A stretch of DNA of 64,000 nucleotides from Paragordius varius (Eukaryota > Animalia > Nematomorpha). Made by a program: the position numbers and the translations under genes. Below are positions 48,764 to 62,600 of the stretch, piece after piece. Numbering within the stretch: the first letter of the stretch is position 1; the number at the start of each line of letters is the position of its first letter. Below the pieces are notes generated by a model. It saw nothing but the letters and a program-made list of their open reading frames with translations, made no database searches and was not told the DNA's origin. Location: assembly GCA_964247055.1 (NCBI GenBank), contig OZ176056.1, positions 7,192,001 through 7,256,000 of the forward strand. The letters are read 5' to 3'.

Positions 48764-50883
48764 TATACTAAATGCTATAGTCGCAAGATTTATAACCATT
48801 TGACTGTTGCTTAGTAGATAAGTTTTAATTAATTATTTAAATGTATATAGGAAAACATTAAGGTCAAACAATCTTTTTAAAAGAAAAATAGTTTTTTTAT
48901 TTTTTATAATAAAATCATTACGATTGCTAAAGCTAAATCCATTTTCCACCATGACCATTTAGAATGGGTGCTTTAAAATTCTTAATGCACTTCCTTTTCC
49001 TAGCGTCGGTATAAATTTAAACAAATTTTTTTAGGTTTTTATGAGTTATATCCGAAAATAATAACATTATAAAACCAACATAATTAACCCTAAATCCACT
49101 TTGTAATATGAATATAGATTAGAAAACAAATATAATGTATATATTATTTAGATACTAAGAATCGAAAATGTATAATTAAGTAATTTTTGGGGCTTTGTTT
49201 GTCAAATATTTAAGTATTTATGTTTTTTGACGACTTACTTTTTATAAATTGAAAATTAAGTGGTTTTAATTCACGTGGAAGGGTCACGCAAATAAAGTCA
49301 ATTATATATTAAAAAAGGATATCCATTATCATTATGGGTAGGGAATATACGCTTTTAATAATGATTCCTATTAAATTGGAAAAAAATGTAATGGCATGAT
49401 GGGTACTATTTTGACTATAAAATTAAATTATAGCTAAAAATTCATTTTAACAATTGGATGCTTAGTCTTCCAATTCAAATTGGGGTCTCAGAATACTCCA
49501 TGCCTGTTTAAAATTAGATGATATTTCTAAAAATATGGAAGAAATTAAAACCATTGCAAATATTTGTACTTATTATAACATTGATGAATATAAAAAAAGG
49601 ATTCATTTAAATTTTATTTATCTTTTATGGATAACAAGGTAAAATTTAGTCAACATGACATGTGTGCATAATATAAAAATAATGTAAAATATACCACTTT
49701 TTCTGTTAATATTAATGTTGTGATTTAAATAAAAAACTAGCTTAAATTTTGGCGTTAGCAAATTAGCAAGATAATTTGTAAAAATTTTATAAAATAAAAA
49801 TGGCGTCCAAATAGTTTGATATGAAAACACTTCGATTCAAATTGGGGTATCTAAATACCCCTGAAAATTTTTAAATTAGATTTTTTAAAAACTACTGAAA
49901 GATACGGTCCCAATTTAAATCTTTGCTTCTATCCTAATAAAAATTATATAAACCCGTATATAAATGAAATTTGGTTTTGAAAAAAAAGTTCCATATAAAA
50001 CTACTTGGACGCCATTTTTATTTAACAACATTTTTGAAAAATATCGTGTTTATTAACATTGATAGAAACAGAAAAAGGCGTTTATTTTCCTTTATTTTTA
50101 AATTTAGCTTGTGCACACATGTCATGTTGACTTAATTTTACCTTGAGGTTTTACCTAAAAATAAGTAATATCAAGTATTTTCGAATGAAAATTTTTATAT
50201 ATTTTGATTCGTTAATGTTATAAAAGTGCATTTGCCATGGTTTCAATCCATTCCATATTTTTTGAATTATTTAATTTTAAACATGCCTGGGGTATCCAAC
50301 TACCCCAATTTCAATCGAAGGACTGAAATGGATTTGTTGTATTCAAGTGTTAAATTTTATTATGTTTTGATTTGTTTTTTTATTTTATATTTGGACACTA
50401 GGATCAATTAAAATTTGAAACGTTTAGTACATTTAAAAAGATCAACTTAAATACAGGTTGAGGTATCTAGATGCCCCAATTAGAATCGAAACAAATATTT
50501 TAATGCTTCATTACATTTTTATTTTTTTGTCCGCATATTTTGGGGTAGTTTTCACACTGGGAAATTGCCATTTTAAAGCTTTTAAAAGTTAAATATTTAT
50601 ATGCAGTCATTTGCGTGTTGTATTCCAAATGTATAAATTTAAAAAAATGGCGACAAAAAAGTTTGAGAGAGGCCTTTTTTACAATTTCACATTTTGAAAA
50701 AACACCTACAACCCTAAAGAAAGCATATTTTTAGATTTGGCCCAATGCTATAAATATTTATTTGGTTATTTAATTTTTAAATGGTTCTGGGGTATAAAAG
50801 TGCCCCAAAAGGTCATGTAACGTTAAATGCTCAAGAATGACATTTTTTTAATTTGTAGTAAAAAACAGTTAGTAATATTGGTT

Positions 50884-51176
50884 TACAGTAAAGTTATAAT
50901 TATACGGATAAAACGTAAAAATATCAAGACAAAATTTTTTTTCAAAAGACAACCATACTTTTTTAAATTTTTTATCCTATAAAAATTATTTAATTACAAT
51001 AGTAAAATACACAATGGATGAGTTACCAATAAATATCTCTATTTTATACTTTGTAATTTGAAAATATGATTTAAACCTAAATAAATCAAGATTTACAAAG
51101 TATGTATGGTTTTGTTTTAGAAAAAAATATTTATTTTTATATTTTTATATTTTGTATATTTTCAATTTTTACTGTA
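50884..51176. mobile_element. Tc1/mariner-like MITE family D (long TIR starting TACAGTAAA); other copies at 3674-3961, ~18100-18370, ~33292-33555, partial at ~22270 and ~30440
   Basis: Inverted ~85-bp arms containing AAGACAAATATTTTTT..AAGACAACCATAC. Confidence 0.65.
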
Positions 51177-51730
51177 CATTTAATTAATTTTACTAATAAA
51201 TGAATCCTTATAGCTAACAATAAAGCTGTTTAAAGTATTTTTTCTCAAAGTATTTCAAAGAAATTTAAGATTTCTTTTTTAAAATAAGTGCAAAAAATAA
51301 AAGCCACTATAAAGAAAAGTTTACGAAATTTATATAATAAAACACACTTATATTTTGATGGTAATTGTATAAAATATATTTTTCATTAATTTTAATATTA
51401 TTTACCTGAGAGAATACCATATCAAGAAATAATTTTTAAATATATAATATATAATTTTATTAAAAAAGGAAATGCAGATGACCTTGATTGTTATATACAA
51501 TTCTTGAAAAATACCAGAGAAATTTTACGATAAAAATTTTGCAAACATTTATATTTAAAATGTACAGGTGTACAAAGATCATACTGTCTCTAAATACGAT
51601 GGCCTAACGACAAAAATAGAAGATAAAAATCAATAAAATTTGGCCTTATTTTAAAAAAATATATCCCTGTTTTCCTATTAATTATTATTATTAACTGTTT
51701 AATATTACAGAACAGAACATTTTTTGAAAA

Positions 51731-51983
51731 TAGGGGTAGCCAATACTCGGCCCCCGATACCTTATGCCCAAAAAAATTGGGATATTCATTATTAATAAAA
51801 ATATGCTGATAAAATCTTAGTAAAATCAACATCTCTTAAAATTTTTCTAATTTTGTCTATTCAATCGGCAAGAAAACTAAAAATGTTATATTTTATGTGA
51901 ATTTTACATAAATCTATTAAATTGCATATATGAATGCCCATTATGCGGCCCACAAAGCCATTTGTGTTGGAGACCTCCCCTAT
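51731..51983. mobile_element. Older copy of the same hAT MITE family
   Basis: TAGGGGTAGCCAA ... TTGGAGACCTCCCCTA; interior similar to 44100-44200. Confidence 0.6.
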
Positions 51984-52481
51984 TTAAAACTACTTTTGAT
52001 AAAATTCATAAGTCTTGATTCGTTTGGACTTGTATATGATATTTCATAAAATTTAATTTTCCCTACCGTATGAAGTAATTTATATAACAGATAAAACGTA
52101 AAAACACTAAGAGAAATATTTTGTCAAACCTTGATTTTTTAGATATATTTTAAAAGAAAAACAGCTGATACACTCATATATTTTCAAATTATCATATAGG
52201 AAATCTCTAGATTTAAAAACTGAATGTAGTTGTCTATTTTAAAAAAATACTTGTCTTTAAAGTCTACATCTGTCTGTTTTATTGGTGATTTGTGGCTCAA
52301 TAAAATCCAAATATGTGGGAAACATCGGGAAAAAATGCATATTAAAAAATGATTTAATTTAAAGCTATATTCATAATAAAAATATATATTGGACACATAA
52401 TTATATACGCGTATGATTAACCATGAACTAGTTTATAACTATAGATTTTTTAAAATTCCAAAAACAAACTAACATTTAGAT

Positions 52482-53310
52482 CAGTGGTACTCACCAAAAA
52501 AATTAGACAGGCCAAAAATATATTTTTTTTCGAGGGCCATGAACTTTATAATGGAAAATATTATACCTATTTGACACATACTCACATATTTATACTCTAA
52601 ATCAGCACAATGAAATCGCATGTAAATCCAGCTAAAAACTCTTTTTGCACCATTTAGTTTAAAAAATTAAAATATTTTGGTAACAACATTTATTTTGATA
52701 TAAGAATTTTGGAAAAATTTGTCGTTTCTGGATGTATTCTTGACATACTTCATTCAGGAATATGCCGTCTCACACGTGTAAGTTGAGGGAAAAACAGTTA
52801 AACTTGAGCACAATTTTTTATATTTTCATATTTATTTGGCACATCTTGCCAAACTCTACACATCTTTCTTCTCTACGATTTTCCTTAATTATAGCCTCCA
52901 TATTGGAATCCTATTTAAAATCTACGAATTCTTCAATAATCTGTGCCTGATCAAAACCGAAATGCCAAGTTGATTAGTATTGGATTTATCCATATGCCAT
53001 AGATTTTCAACGAGTTTAAGCAATTTTTAATTTAATTCTTGAACTCTATTCATCTCATTAGATAAAAATGTTAGATTCTCTATTATTAAATTAATCTCCG
53101 CGGTAAATTCCATATTTTCTTTTGAATCGTTTTAAGTGTTGGAAAATATAGGAGTGTTTTATAAAATTTTATTTATATATTATTAATTTTTCTTCAAAAG
53201 CAAATATTTGATTTGGGTTATTATTTGCACCCTTGAAGACTTGTATGAAAAAAAACTAAGTTTATAAGTAATTTCGCAATGGTGGGTTAATAAAACCCAC
53301 CATTTGTCAC
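52482..53310 (-). mobile_element. Second, shorter copy of the same hAT 3' end
   Basis: CAGTGGTACTCACC terminus; colinear similarity to 4721-5620. Confidence 0.85.
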
Positions 53311-53859
53311 TATTAATTTCCTCTGAAATGCAAATGGTATATATATTAGGGATATAAAATGTTTGGAAATCCTTTTACCATCAAATATTTTTAATAAAAA
53401 AATAAATATCATAATTCAACGCTAAAATTTAACTAATCATAATTTAAAATTAAATGAATAATTATAGAATTGTCATAAGAAAATTGGCAAAAATTGTTGT
53501 TTTTGAAAAAATGTTGTCTTTGATTGTTAGAATGTTGTCTTTGGTTGAAAAAAAATGATATTTTTGCATGAAAAATGGTATAATTTGCAATAAATAGAGG
53601 TAATGGAGATAAAATAATGAAAAACATATTAAATAAAAAAATGTCTTTATATTTTTTTACGTATTTTTGCATAGGCTCAAATATTGTTTACTCGGAATTA
53701 TATTTTAACTGTCCCTCATGAAAGTTAATATTCAACTATCATTGGATTTAATTTAAGATTTTCGTTTTACGAAATTATGCTTAAAAGTTTTATTTTGAAA
53801 TTGTGGTCACACAGCTGGGATCATGGGATATAAAAAGAAACTCATTTTTTCTCCCTTTT

Positions 53860-55840
53860 TAAAGGAAAGAATGATACAAATTTCCTAGAAATGTATTTAA
53901 AACTGAACTCGTATGACTTCTTTAGTTTTATCATCTCCAAAACCACGCCATTTTTGCATGTTTCAGTTATAAACCGCTAGACGCCTACCCATAGACCTAT
54001 ATGGAGCTGAGTTAAATTCTTTACCTTTATAGGGCAAATATTTGGAATCATCTTTGATACCTTCGCCTCATGGGGCTTTCTAAAAAATACCTCAACACTA
54101 ATTAAACGTTATGTGATGGCGTATTTTTAGAGACATAAAGGCCCCCAATTGGGCTGATTAAAAAAGCCCGACCTTAATTTTTATCTAGTTACGGGTAATA
54201 TTTCAAGCTTTTAATGAACTCATATGGCAATTTTCTGTAAATTATTTCCAATACAACGCAATTTTTATATAGTGGCGCAGTTTTTGGCGGGCAGCCCCTT
54301 ACCCAGGGGTAAAAAAGCTTTAGTCAAAATTGTTGTCTGGGGAATACCTGGAATTATTATGGATTCCATATATTTATATTAGTCTCATAGGTTTTCTGAA
54401 ATTTGGCTCCAAAGGCATGCTGTATCGATATGGTGTCGCAGTTTTATGCGGGTAGCCCCCTAGCCAGGGGCGAAACAAAAACGCTCGATTAAAATTTTTG
54501 CCTTAATTCGGGTAATACCTGGAATCATGACTGATTCCATATGCTCTCATGGGATTTTCGAAATAATACCTTAAAACCAATAAGTCATTCAATGGTGCCG
54601 CATTTTCAGGGCAAGGTCCTAAGAGAGGGGTAATTTAACAAAACCACTCAACTTAAATTTTTGCTTTTTTACGGGTAATATTTCAAGCCCTTATTGAACT
54701 CATGTGGCCTGATAAGTTTTCTAAAATTTGCCTCCAAAGTCAGGCTGTATCGATATGGTGCGGAGTTGTAGGCGGGTAGCCCCCAACACAGAGGCTAATA
54801 TAAAAAAGACGTTCGATAAAAAATTTTGTCTTTATAGGGGAATGCATCATCATTCATTCCATATATTCTTGATAGTGTTTGGAAGAATGGCTTCAAAACT
54901 AAATAATAGTTGAATGATAGCGCATTTTTTAGGGCTTAAACGGCCTAATTGACTACTAATTTAAAAAACCGCTCGACTTAAATTTTTTTCTTTTTACGGG
55001 TAATAATTCAGGACCTCATCAAACTTATATGGCCTGATAAGTTTTCTGAAAATTAACTCCTAAACAACGCAATTTTGATTTGCTGGCTCAGTTTTAAGCG
55101 GGCAGCTCCCTACCCAGAGGCTGATACAAAAAAGCGCTTGATAAAAATTTTTGCCTTTTTACGGAGAATACCTAATATCATGAATGATTCCATATGTTCT
55201 TAATAGTTTTTGGAAGAATGGCTTCAAAACTAAATAATAGTTCACTGATAGCGCATTTTTAGGGCAAAGGGTCAAATTAATGGCTAATTTAAAAAACCGC
55301 TGGAATTAAATTTTTGCCTTTTTACGGGTAATATTTCAGGCGCTTATTAAACTTATATGGCCCGATAAGTTTTCTGAAAATTAATTCCTAAACAACGCAA
55401 TTTTGATAAGGTGGCGCAGTTTTAGCCGGGTAGCTCCGTACCCAGAGACTGATACAAAAAAGCGCTTGATTAAAATTTTTGCCTATATACGGAGAATACC
55501 TGGAATCATGATTGATTCCATATGCTCTCATTAGTGTTTGGAAAAATTGCCTCAAAATTAAAAAATTATTCTATGGTGGCGCATTTTTCAAGGCGTGGTC
55601 CTAATAAACGGCTAATTTTAAAAGGCCGCACGACCAAAATTGCCTTGCTACGGGTAATATTTTAGGCACGGATTGAACTCATATGGCTTGATAAGTTTTT
55701 TGAAATTTAGCCGCAAAGACACACTATTTCAATATGACGAATCAGTTTTTATCGGGTAGCTCCTTACCCGGCAGCCAACATGAAAGAAACGCACGACTAA
55801 AGTTTTTCAGGGAATACCTGGAATCCTTATTGAATTTTTA
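53860..55840. repeat. Tandem satellite, ~163-bp monomer with ~326-bp dimeric higher-order repeat
   Basis: CGGGTAATATTTC at 54191, 54672, 54997, 55325, 55651, alternating with GGGAATACCTGGAATC-type units. Confidence 0.85.
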
Positions 55841-57329
55841 CAGTTTCATTCCTTGGGCGAAAAAAAAAATTCAAAAAATTATTTTTGTTTTTTTGAAAAA
55901 ATGGCATTTTACCGGGGAAGCGGGTAAAAAGAGGGCCTAAATAAAAAAGGCGAACCGACTATGTCGGCGCAATGAAATAAGTAAAAAAATCATATTTGAA
56001 ATCGAATGGTTCAACACGTTTTCCGGAAAATTGTCTCAAAGACACGATTTTTGTGGACATATGTTTTCAAAAAACCCGTTTTTTACAAGGGATGGACCCG
56101 AAAGGCCTAATTCAAAAAAGGGCGAAGCTATTGTCGGGGCATTCATTAATGATTATATATTTTGGACATTTGGATTTGAATGGGTCTACCGGTTTTCCGG
56201 AAACAGATCACAAAGCCAGTATTTTCCATTTTTATAAATATGTAGATTATAGTTTTATAGTGTATTATTATAGTTTTATGAAAATTAACAAACTTTTGAC
56301 AGATAAAATAATCATTTGCATAAACTATTGCATTCATATATTGCAAAAATATATTTAGTTTTAATAGAGTGAGAAACAATTTACATATTTTAATTTTTAT
56401 GAGAAAAATTTTATTATTGAGTTAAAGAAAGAAAGAAAGAGCAAAAAATGCATTTTTTTCATTATCCATTTTTTAGCCATAATAATATTGTTTGTTCGTT
56501 TATTAATTTCTGGCAGTTTTAACACTTCGTTCAAATTGGGTAAATACCCCAGACTTTAAGTTGATATTTTTAAAAATAAGGAAATAGTCCCAATTTAAAT
56601 TTATGCGTCTATCTTAATAATTATTATATAAATATGCCGAAATATCTAAATATAATTTAGTTTTGAAAAAAAAGGTCCATATCAAACTACTACGCCATTT
56701 TTATCTACAACTTTTGCAAAAATATCGTGTTTTTAATTTTAAACTAAAATTAAAGCTAATTTTAATTTAAATCAGATCCAACATTGATAGAAACAGAAAA
56801 AATGGATTTTGTGTTATTTTTAAATTTATTAATGCACACATGTCACGTTTATGAAATTACCTTTGAGTTAGAAGTTAAGATCAAAGAATAGTCGGTGTTA
56901 GGGTGGGCGGGTGGGTACTAACCATAATATATAAAAATATCAGGAACGCAAAAGTTTAGACTCAAGATGCCAAGTCATGTATTATTATCATTTTAATTAT
57001 AATATTTCTTTACGAATCTAAATGATGCGTTAGGTGAAAAGATAACTGCAAACGATTTTTTTGAGGGAAGGGGGGGGGGGTAGTATTTAAACCTTGCGGG
57101 GAGGAGGGGCTAAATTCATAGTTCCGCCACTGTGCGCAACCTCTCGATTTTTGCGTTATAATTAGGAAAACCACCCCATTTTAGAAGAGCAAAAAAAATG
57201 GGACTTTTGGTTTAAAAATTCTTTTGCGTATTTATAGGTAGTTTATAATAAATTTTAAAAAATCTGCTCAAATCCATTTTCTGCTATGAATTACTTACCT
57301 CAAAATTGTAAATAATTTTCCTAAATGAC

Positions 57330-57700
57330 TAGTAAGCTCCATAATCCCAGAGATTTCTGATACATTTTTCTATCGGAAAATATATATTTGATAATGATAT
57401 TTTTTTGTGTACACCTTGTATATTCACAAGATTGTATCAACGGTTTTATAGTTTATAATATCTTACCTCTGCTGAGAGACACAGAGGATGATTTTCTGGA
57501 TGCGATTTGCCTAGGTTTTGATGGAGCGGCTGGTAGAGAAGGTTATTTTGCTCTGCATTTAAATGATCACATCTCATAACCCGTCACAATTCGTTTGCAA
57601 AAAGGATTATACTCCGCTACGACACAAGATTCCTTTTAATTTATGACCATTCAAATTGTGGGTATTTACCGAGTTTACTAATCTCTCCACTTGCACATAG
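57330..57700 (+). mobile_element. Possible hAT transposase relic
   Basis: AICLGFDGAAG resembles the hAT GxxYDGA motif; otherwise heavily decayed. Confidence 0.35.
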
Positions 57701-59427
57701 ACTTCTACTGATTATTTTTCTGATCCATGTAATGTATCCTCCGATTGCCCTAAAATGTGAGTTGGATCTATTCATTAAAAAATTTGCACTTTATCGACTT
57801 TTCAGATATGGCCTACCATAGCGCCTCTTCCCATTAAAGTCACAATTTTCGCAAACCATTTTTCACATTCCATAGAGAATGTAAACTAGATGATTTACTA
57901 GCAAAGGATGACTTAAGCCTATTTCTTTTGGTGGATTAAGATATGAAAAGTGTAGACAAAATGATCTAAGCACAAAATTTGATACAAGTGAATGATAAGA
58001 TTATATTGGCTACTCAACTTGGGTGCCTTTGTCGTTTAATATGAGATAAACAAAATGGTCATGTGTCAAATTTACCACATGCGTAAATTTTGCTGACTTC
58101 TTCCCTTTGTCAAACCGGTAATGATTTATGACATGGTAAATGGAGAAAATTTTAGTATTTTTTAAAAATTATTATCTTATATATTTGCTATTAAATATTA
58201 AAAATATCATATTTAAAAAGTTAGTTTTAAAAACAGGCTAGTTCCAATCGTTAGCGGTCGAACACTTTAAGCAAGTGTCCGATTTAAAAACGACCCTTTT
58301 CATCATTGCCAGGTCTGGCTGAGTGGCACAAAATTAATTATAACTGTTTCTTATTTTGTATTTTTGTGGTTTCCCTCTTTATACATAAAAAGTAAATGTT
58401 AAAATATTATTTATTTTACTCTTACAAAAATTGTATAAAATTTATAGATTAGATACTCCAACCGTAGCTCACCGCATGAGCTTTTTAGGATCTTGAACTA
58501 TCTATAGTTTTATTAACTGTTTGCTTAGAAATTGACTAATTTTATATTCATTTATTTTGTATTTTATTTTGGTAATTTTTATTCAAATAATTTATTTTAT
58601 GAAAAAAATAACCTTTCTTTTAAAATAATTATAGTAAAAATTTCTTTAAAGTCTTTTGAAAATCCAGCGTACGAACTAGCCAAATATTTTATGCAATTCG
58701 GTTAGCGATTCTATTTATGATTCCGATTTAGAAGTTATAATCCAAAAAATGGCAAAGAAAGGTACATCGAGTTTTGGTTAGATGGCCTGTGAAAAAATGT
58801 GTTCGAGCTATCGTTACTGTATTCGTCCAACTTATGAAATATAAAAAAGAAAATTTGCCTGAAGATGCCCATATGGACCACGTATTAAAGTTGTGCTATT
58901 ACTATGAGCATATTTTTATTAACTAATTGAAAGAGGCAATTTAGGACCCGTGAATCTAAATATACTAATATAGACTGTAATATCTGCATACGTTAGAATC
59001 AGCTATTAGTCAGAATTACATAGTAGCCCTTGAGAAAAAAGAATCACTGAATTGAACTTTCATTTATCTGGAAGGATGGGTTGTCTAGTGAAGAATTTTT
59101 TTTCAGTTCTTAGACAAAAATCTATAATTTAAAATTATTTAAAAGTAGTTTTTTTAATAATTTAGTTAATTCAGAAATATAATAGTTTGCGCTTATTTTT
59201 TACCACGGCTAATTAAACCCAACTTTGATGCACAATCTATCATTTGAAGATTTTAGTTATAATATACTAAAACATCTCTCAAATATATTTGACTTGTATG
59301 CACTCCAATGTTTTTTTAAGAGTTGTCCGATATTAATAATGATTAATCCCTATTTTAAACTTATGCTTGGCTCATTAAATATATTTGATCTAGTAAACTA
59401 GATTTGCTGTTCGCCAAAGAAAACGGG

Positions 59428-59655
59428 TGTTATAGTGGTAACTGACAGGCTAATTTGAATGAACCTTTTATTACACTATTAGATTAACCGCACAAACAAC
59501 ATTCGTTATATATTATTATATTAACCTCTTAACTTATGTGTGTAGTATTATTATATTATTATAACCTCACCATCACGTATGACTATTATTATTTTTATAT
59601 TGAGTTAATTGCATATCACCTTGATATATGTGAATACATTCGACCTAATTATCTT

Positions 59656-59692
<37 letters not shown>

Positions 59693-62600
59693 TAGATCAT
59701 TATATACCAACGAATACATATATACAATAAGTTTACCGTTATTTACGCTAGTTGTAGTCCCCATTTATAATTAGTGGCCAAGACGAGTATGGCAGACGAA
59801 CCAATGAATATCACAGCTCCTCACGCTAGCATTGCCAATTTATCCATAGAAAACTACAATGATAATATAAATTCGAAGATTACCTCGAGTATATTAGCAA
59901 CGTACTTGAAGCAAAGGATATTCTGGTAACCGAAAAAACGCTTAAATCAAATATACTAGCATATGGCGGATTCATGATAGTAAGAAAGATTAACCAACGC
60001 CTATACCCCAATAAAAAAACGCCACGTGGAATTACTGAACCGGAAAAAATATTCAACCCGAAATCGAAATTCCAAAGCCGGTTTGAATTTTATAGGCTGG
60101 TACGCAACGATGGTGAAAGTTTTACGCAATTCCTTGAACGTGTCAAGATAGGAGCAGAAGAAGCTCAGTTCACTGAAGCCATAGAACAGCGTATACGTGA
60201 TGTGTTCGTAATAGGACAGCAACAACCTCAACTAGAGATGGATATCCATTCCAGATACCCAGATGCTTTGAGAAACGGTATTCCGGTCCCATTAGAAACA
60301 ATCGTAGATCTGGCACTAGCACATGAGGCTGCTAGGGCTGGATTACAGAATAACAATGATAGTAATAACAATAGCAATCGATATAGTAACAGCAATAATA
60401 ATATCAATCGGTTAAAACATAATAAATCCAATCGACAAACAATAATAAAATCTTCTAATACATGTAAATATTGCGGCACCACACACCCACCCAACAAGTG
60501 TCCAGCCTGGAGACGATCCTGCAACAAATGCGGAAAGCTTAATCATTTTACTAGGATGTGTGTGGCCAAGAGACAAAGACCCAACTTCAATAGGCAATTA
60601 TTGAAGGCAGTCAAGGTAGGTCGTAATGCGCAAACACCCTTACTGATAACATTAGTAATAAATGGTTTGAAAAAGGCTTTATTTACGATACTGGTTCGGA
60701 TATTAGTGTAATAAACTTTACAACGTGGGAGAAAATTGGTAAACCTAAGCTAAGACCGACACCACCAGTGAAATCTTACAATAACACGACAGTGCCAATA
60801 ATGGGGACAGCAAGCGTCAAGGTCCAGGTAAATGGCAAAAAAATATCGGGGACATATTGTCCTAAGCAAAACGATGGGGATGGCTCCGGTGATCTGTGGA
60901 CTGGACTGAATGGTTAAATTTCAGATTGAGACGCCACAGGTTAAAGTTAATTATCTTAAATTAAATGATATTTGTAAAAAATTTAAAAACTTATTCGAAA
61001 ATAAGTTAGGGTGCTATAGAGACCCTGTAAAAATTCGCATTGCAGCGAATGCGATCCCGAAAGTATGGCCATGTCGCAGGGTGCCTTTACCATTAAAAGA
61101 AAAGGTGGAGAAAGAGGTGACGATAGAAAAGTTAGGCAGAACCGGTTGATCCTAACATTACACCTGTGATATCGGACACGTCTAAGGTTAATGTACTTAA
61201 ACCGAATGGCGAATCAAGAATATTTAGTGATTTTCGGCTAACGATTAATAAGTGGTTGCAAGAAGACTCTCATATAATCCCCACATTTGATGAATTGGTG
61301 TCGAAAATAGGCGAAAGTATCCCATTCCCAAAAATTGATTTAAAAGATGCTTACCTCCAAATGCCAGTGGCAGAGGAGTGTCAAAAATTGTTAACAATAT
61401 CAACACATAAAGGTTTTTTTTAGATACAAACGTATGCCGTTTGTACTTGCCACGGCACCCATCATCTTCTAACGAGTGATGGAACAAGTGCTGGCTGAAA
61501 GTCTGGGAACTTGCGTATATTTAGATGACGTCCTAGTGACTGGTAGGACGGAAAATGAGCACATTAACAATTTAAATAACGTATTAAGTCGTCTCGATAA
61601 GGTCGGATTTAAATCAAGACAAGATAATATAATGATAGGTGCAGAATCAGAACTATTTAGGGTTTAAAATACGAAAAAAGGTATAAGCCCATGTGAAAGC
61701 AAAAGCAAAGCAATTAAGGAACTAAAATGGCCGGTAGATAAAAAGTCATTACGTAGTTTTTTAGGTTTTTTTACGTTTCATGAACGCTTTATACCAAAAT
61801 TACAAATCGGTCCCTTACATGAATTAACTAGTAAAAATATGAGATGGTCTTGGACCGAGAAACATGAGAAAAGCTGGTTAGCAGCTAAGAATTTTTTAAG
61901 CGAAAAAGTGTTTTTTACACCATATAATCCGAATAGGAAATTGATAATAGAAACTGATGCGTCAGATTTAGGATTCGGATGTATTTTAAGTTATGAAGTT
62001 AATAGTGAAAGAATACCGATAGCTTATGCCTCACAAAAGTGTAGTAACGCTGAAAGGAATTATTCCACTATCGAGAAGGAATTAAAAGCAATATTGTTTG
62101 CTTTAAAAAAGTTTCATAGATTCGTATATGGTAGAAAATTTATAATATTAACTGACCATTTTACCTTTAGTAAAGTTAATAAATAGAGATCGAAATTTAA
62201 AAGAAATACATAATGCTAAAGTACTAAGATGGATTAATATGATAAATGAATACGACTTTGAAATAAGTCATTAAAAAGGAGCTCAAAATAGAGCTGATTA
62301 TTTATCGAGATGGCCGATTGACGAGATCGTTGCTTATGATGAAGATTATGCGGTTACCAGATATCTGAGATTTTTTAATTGTCATAATGTGCGGTTAAGC
62401 AGAGATGAAATAACCGCATTAGATCCAGTATTACAAAAAGTAATTAAAGCGTTAAACAACCATGACTGGAGTTCTCCAGAATTAGAAAAGTATGTAAACC
62501 GTAAAGTCGAGTTGGCATATCAATATGGCTTATTAAGATTCATCGGATTATAATTTTGAAGCCCCTCCAAAATGAGGTGGTGAGATACCTACACAGCGGT

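Larger units (their letters stand above)
42246..49385. repeat. Tandem segmental duplication, ~3.26-kb unit (42246-45502; 45503-~49385 including a 614-bp MITE)
   Basis: Direct colinear similarity at an offset of ~3257; breakpoint at TATGCAAC inside the CDS. Confidence 0.9.
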
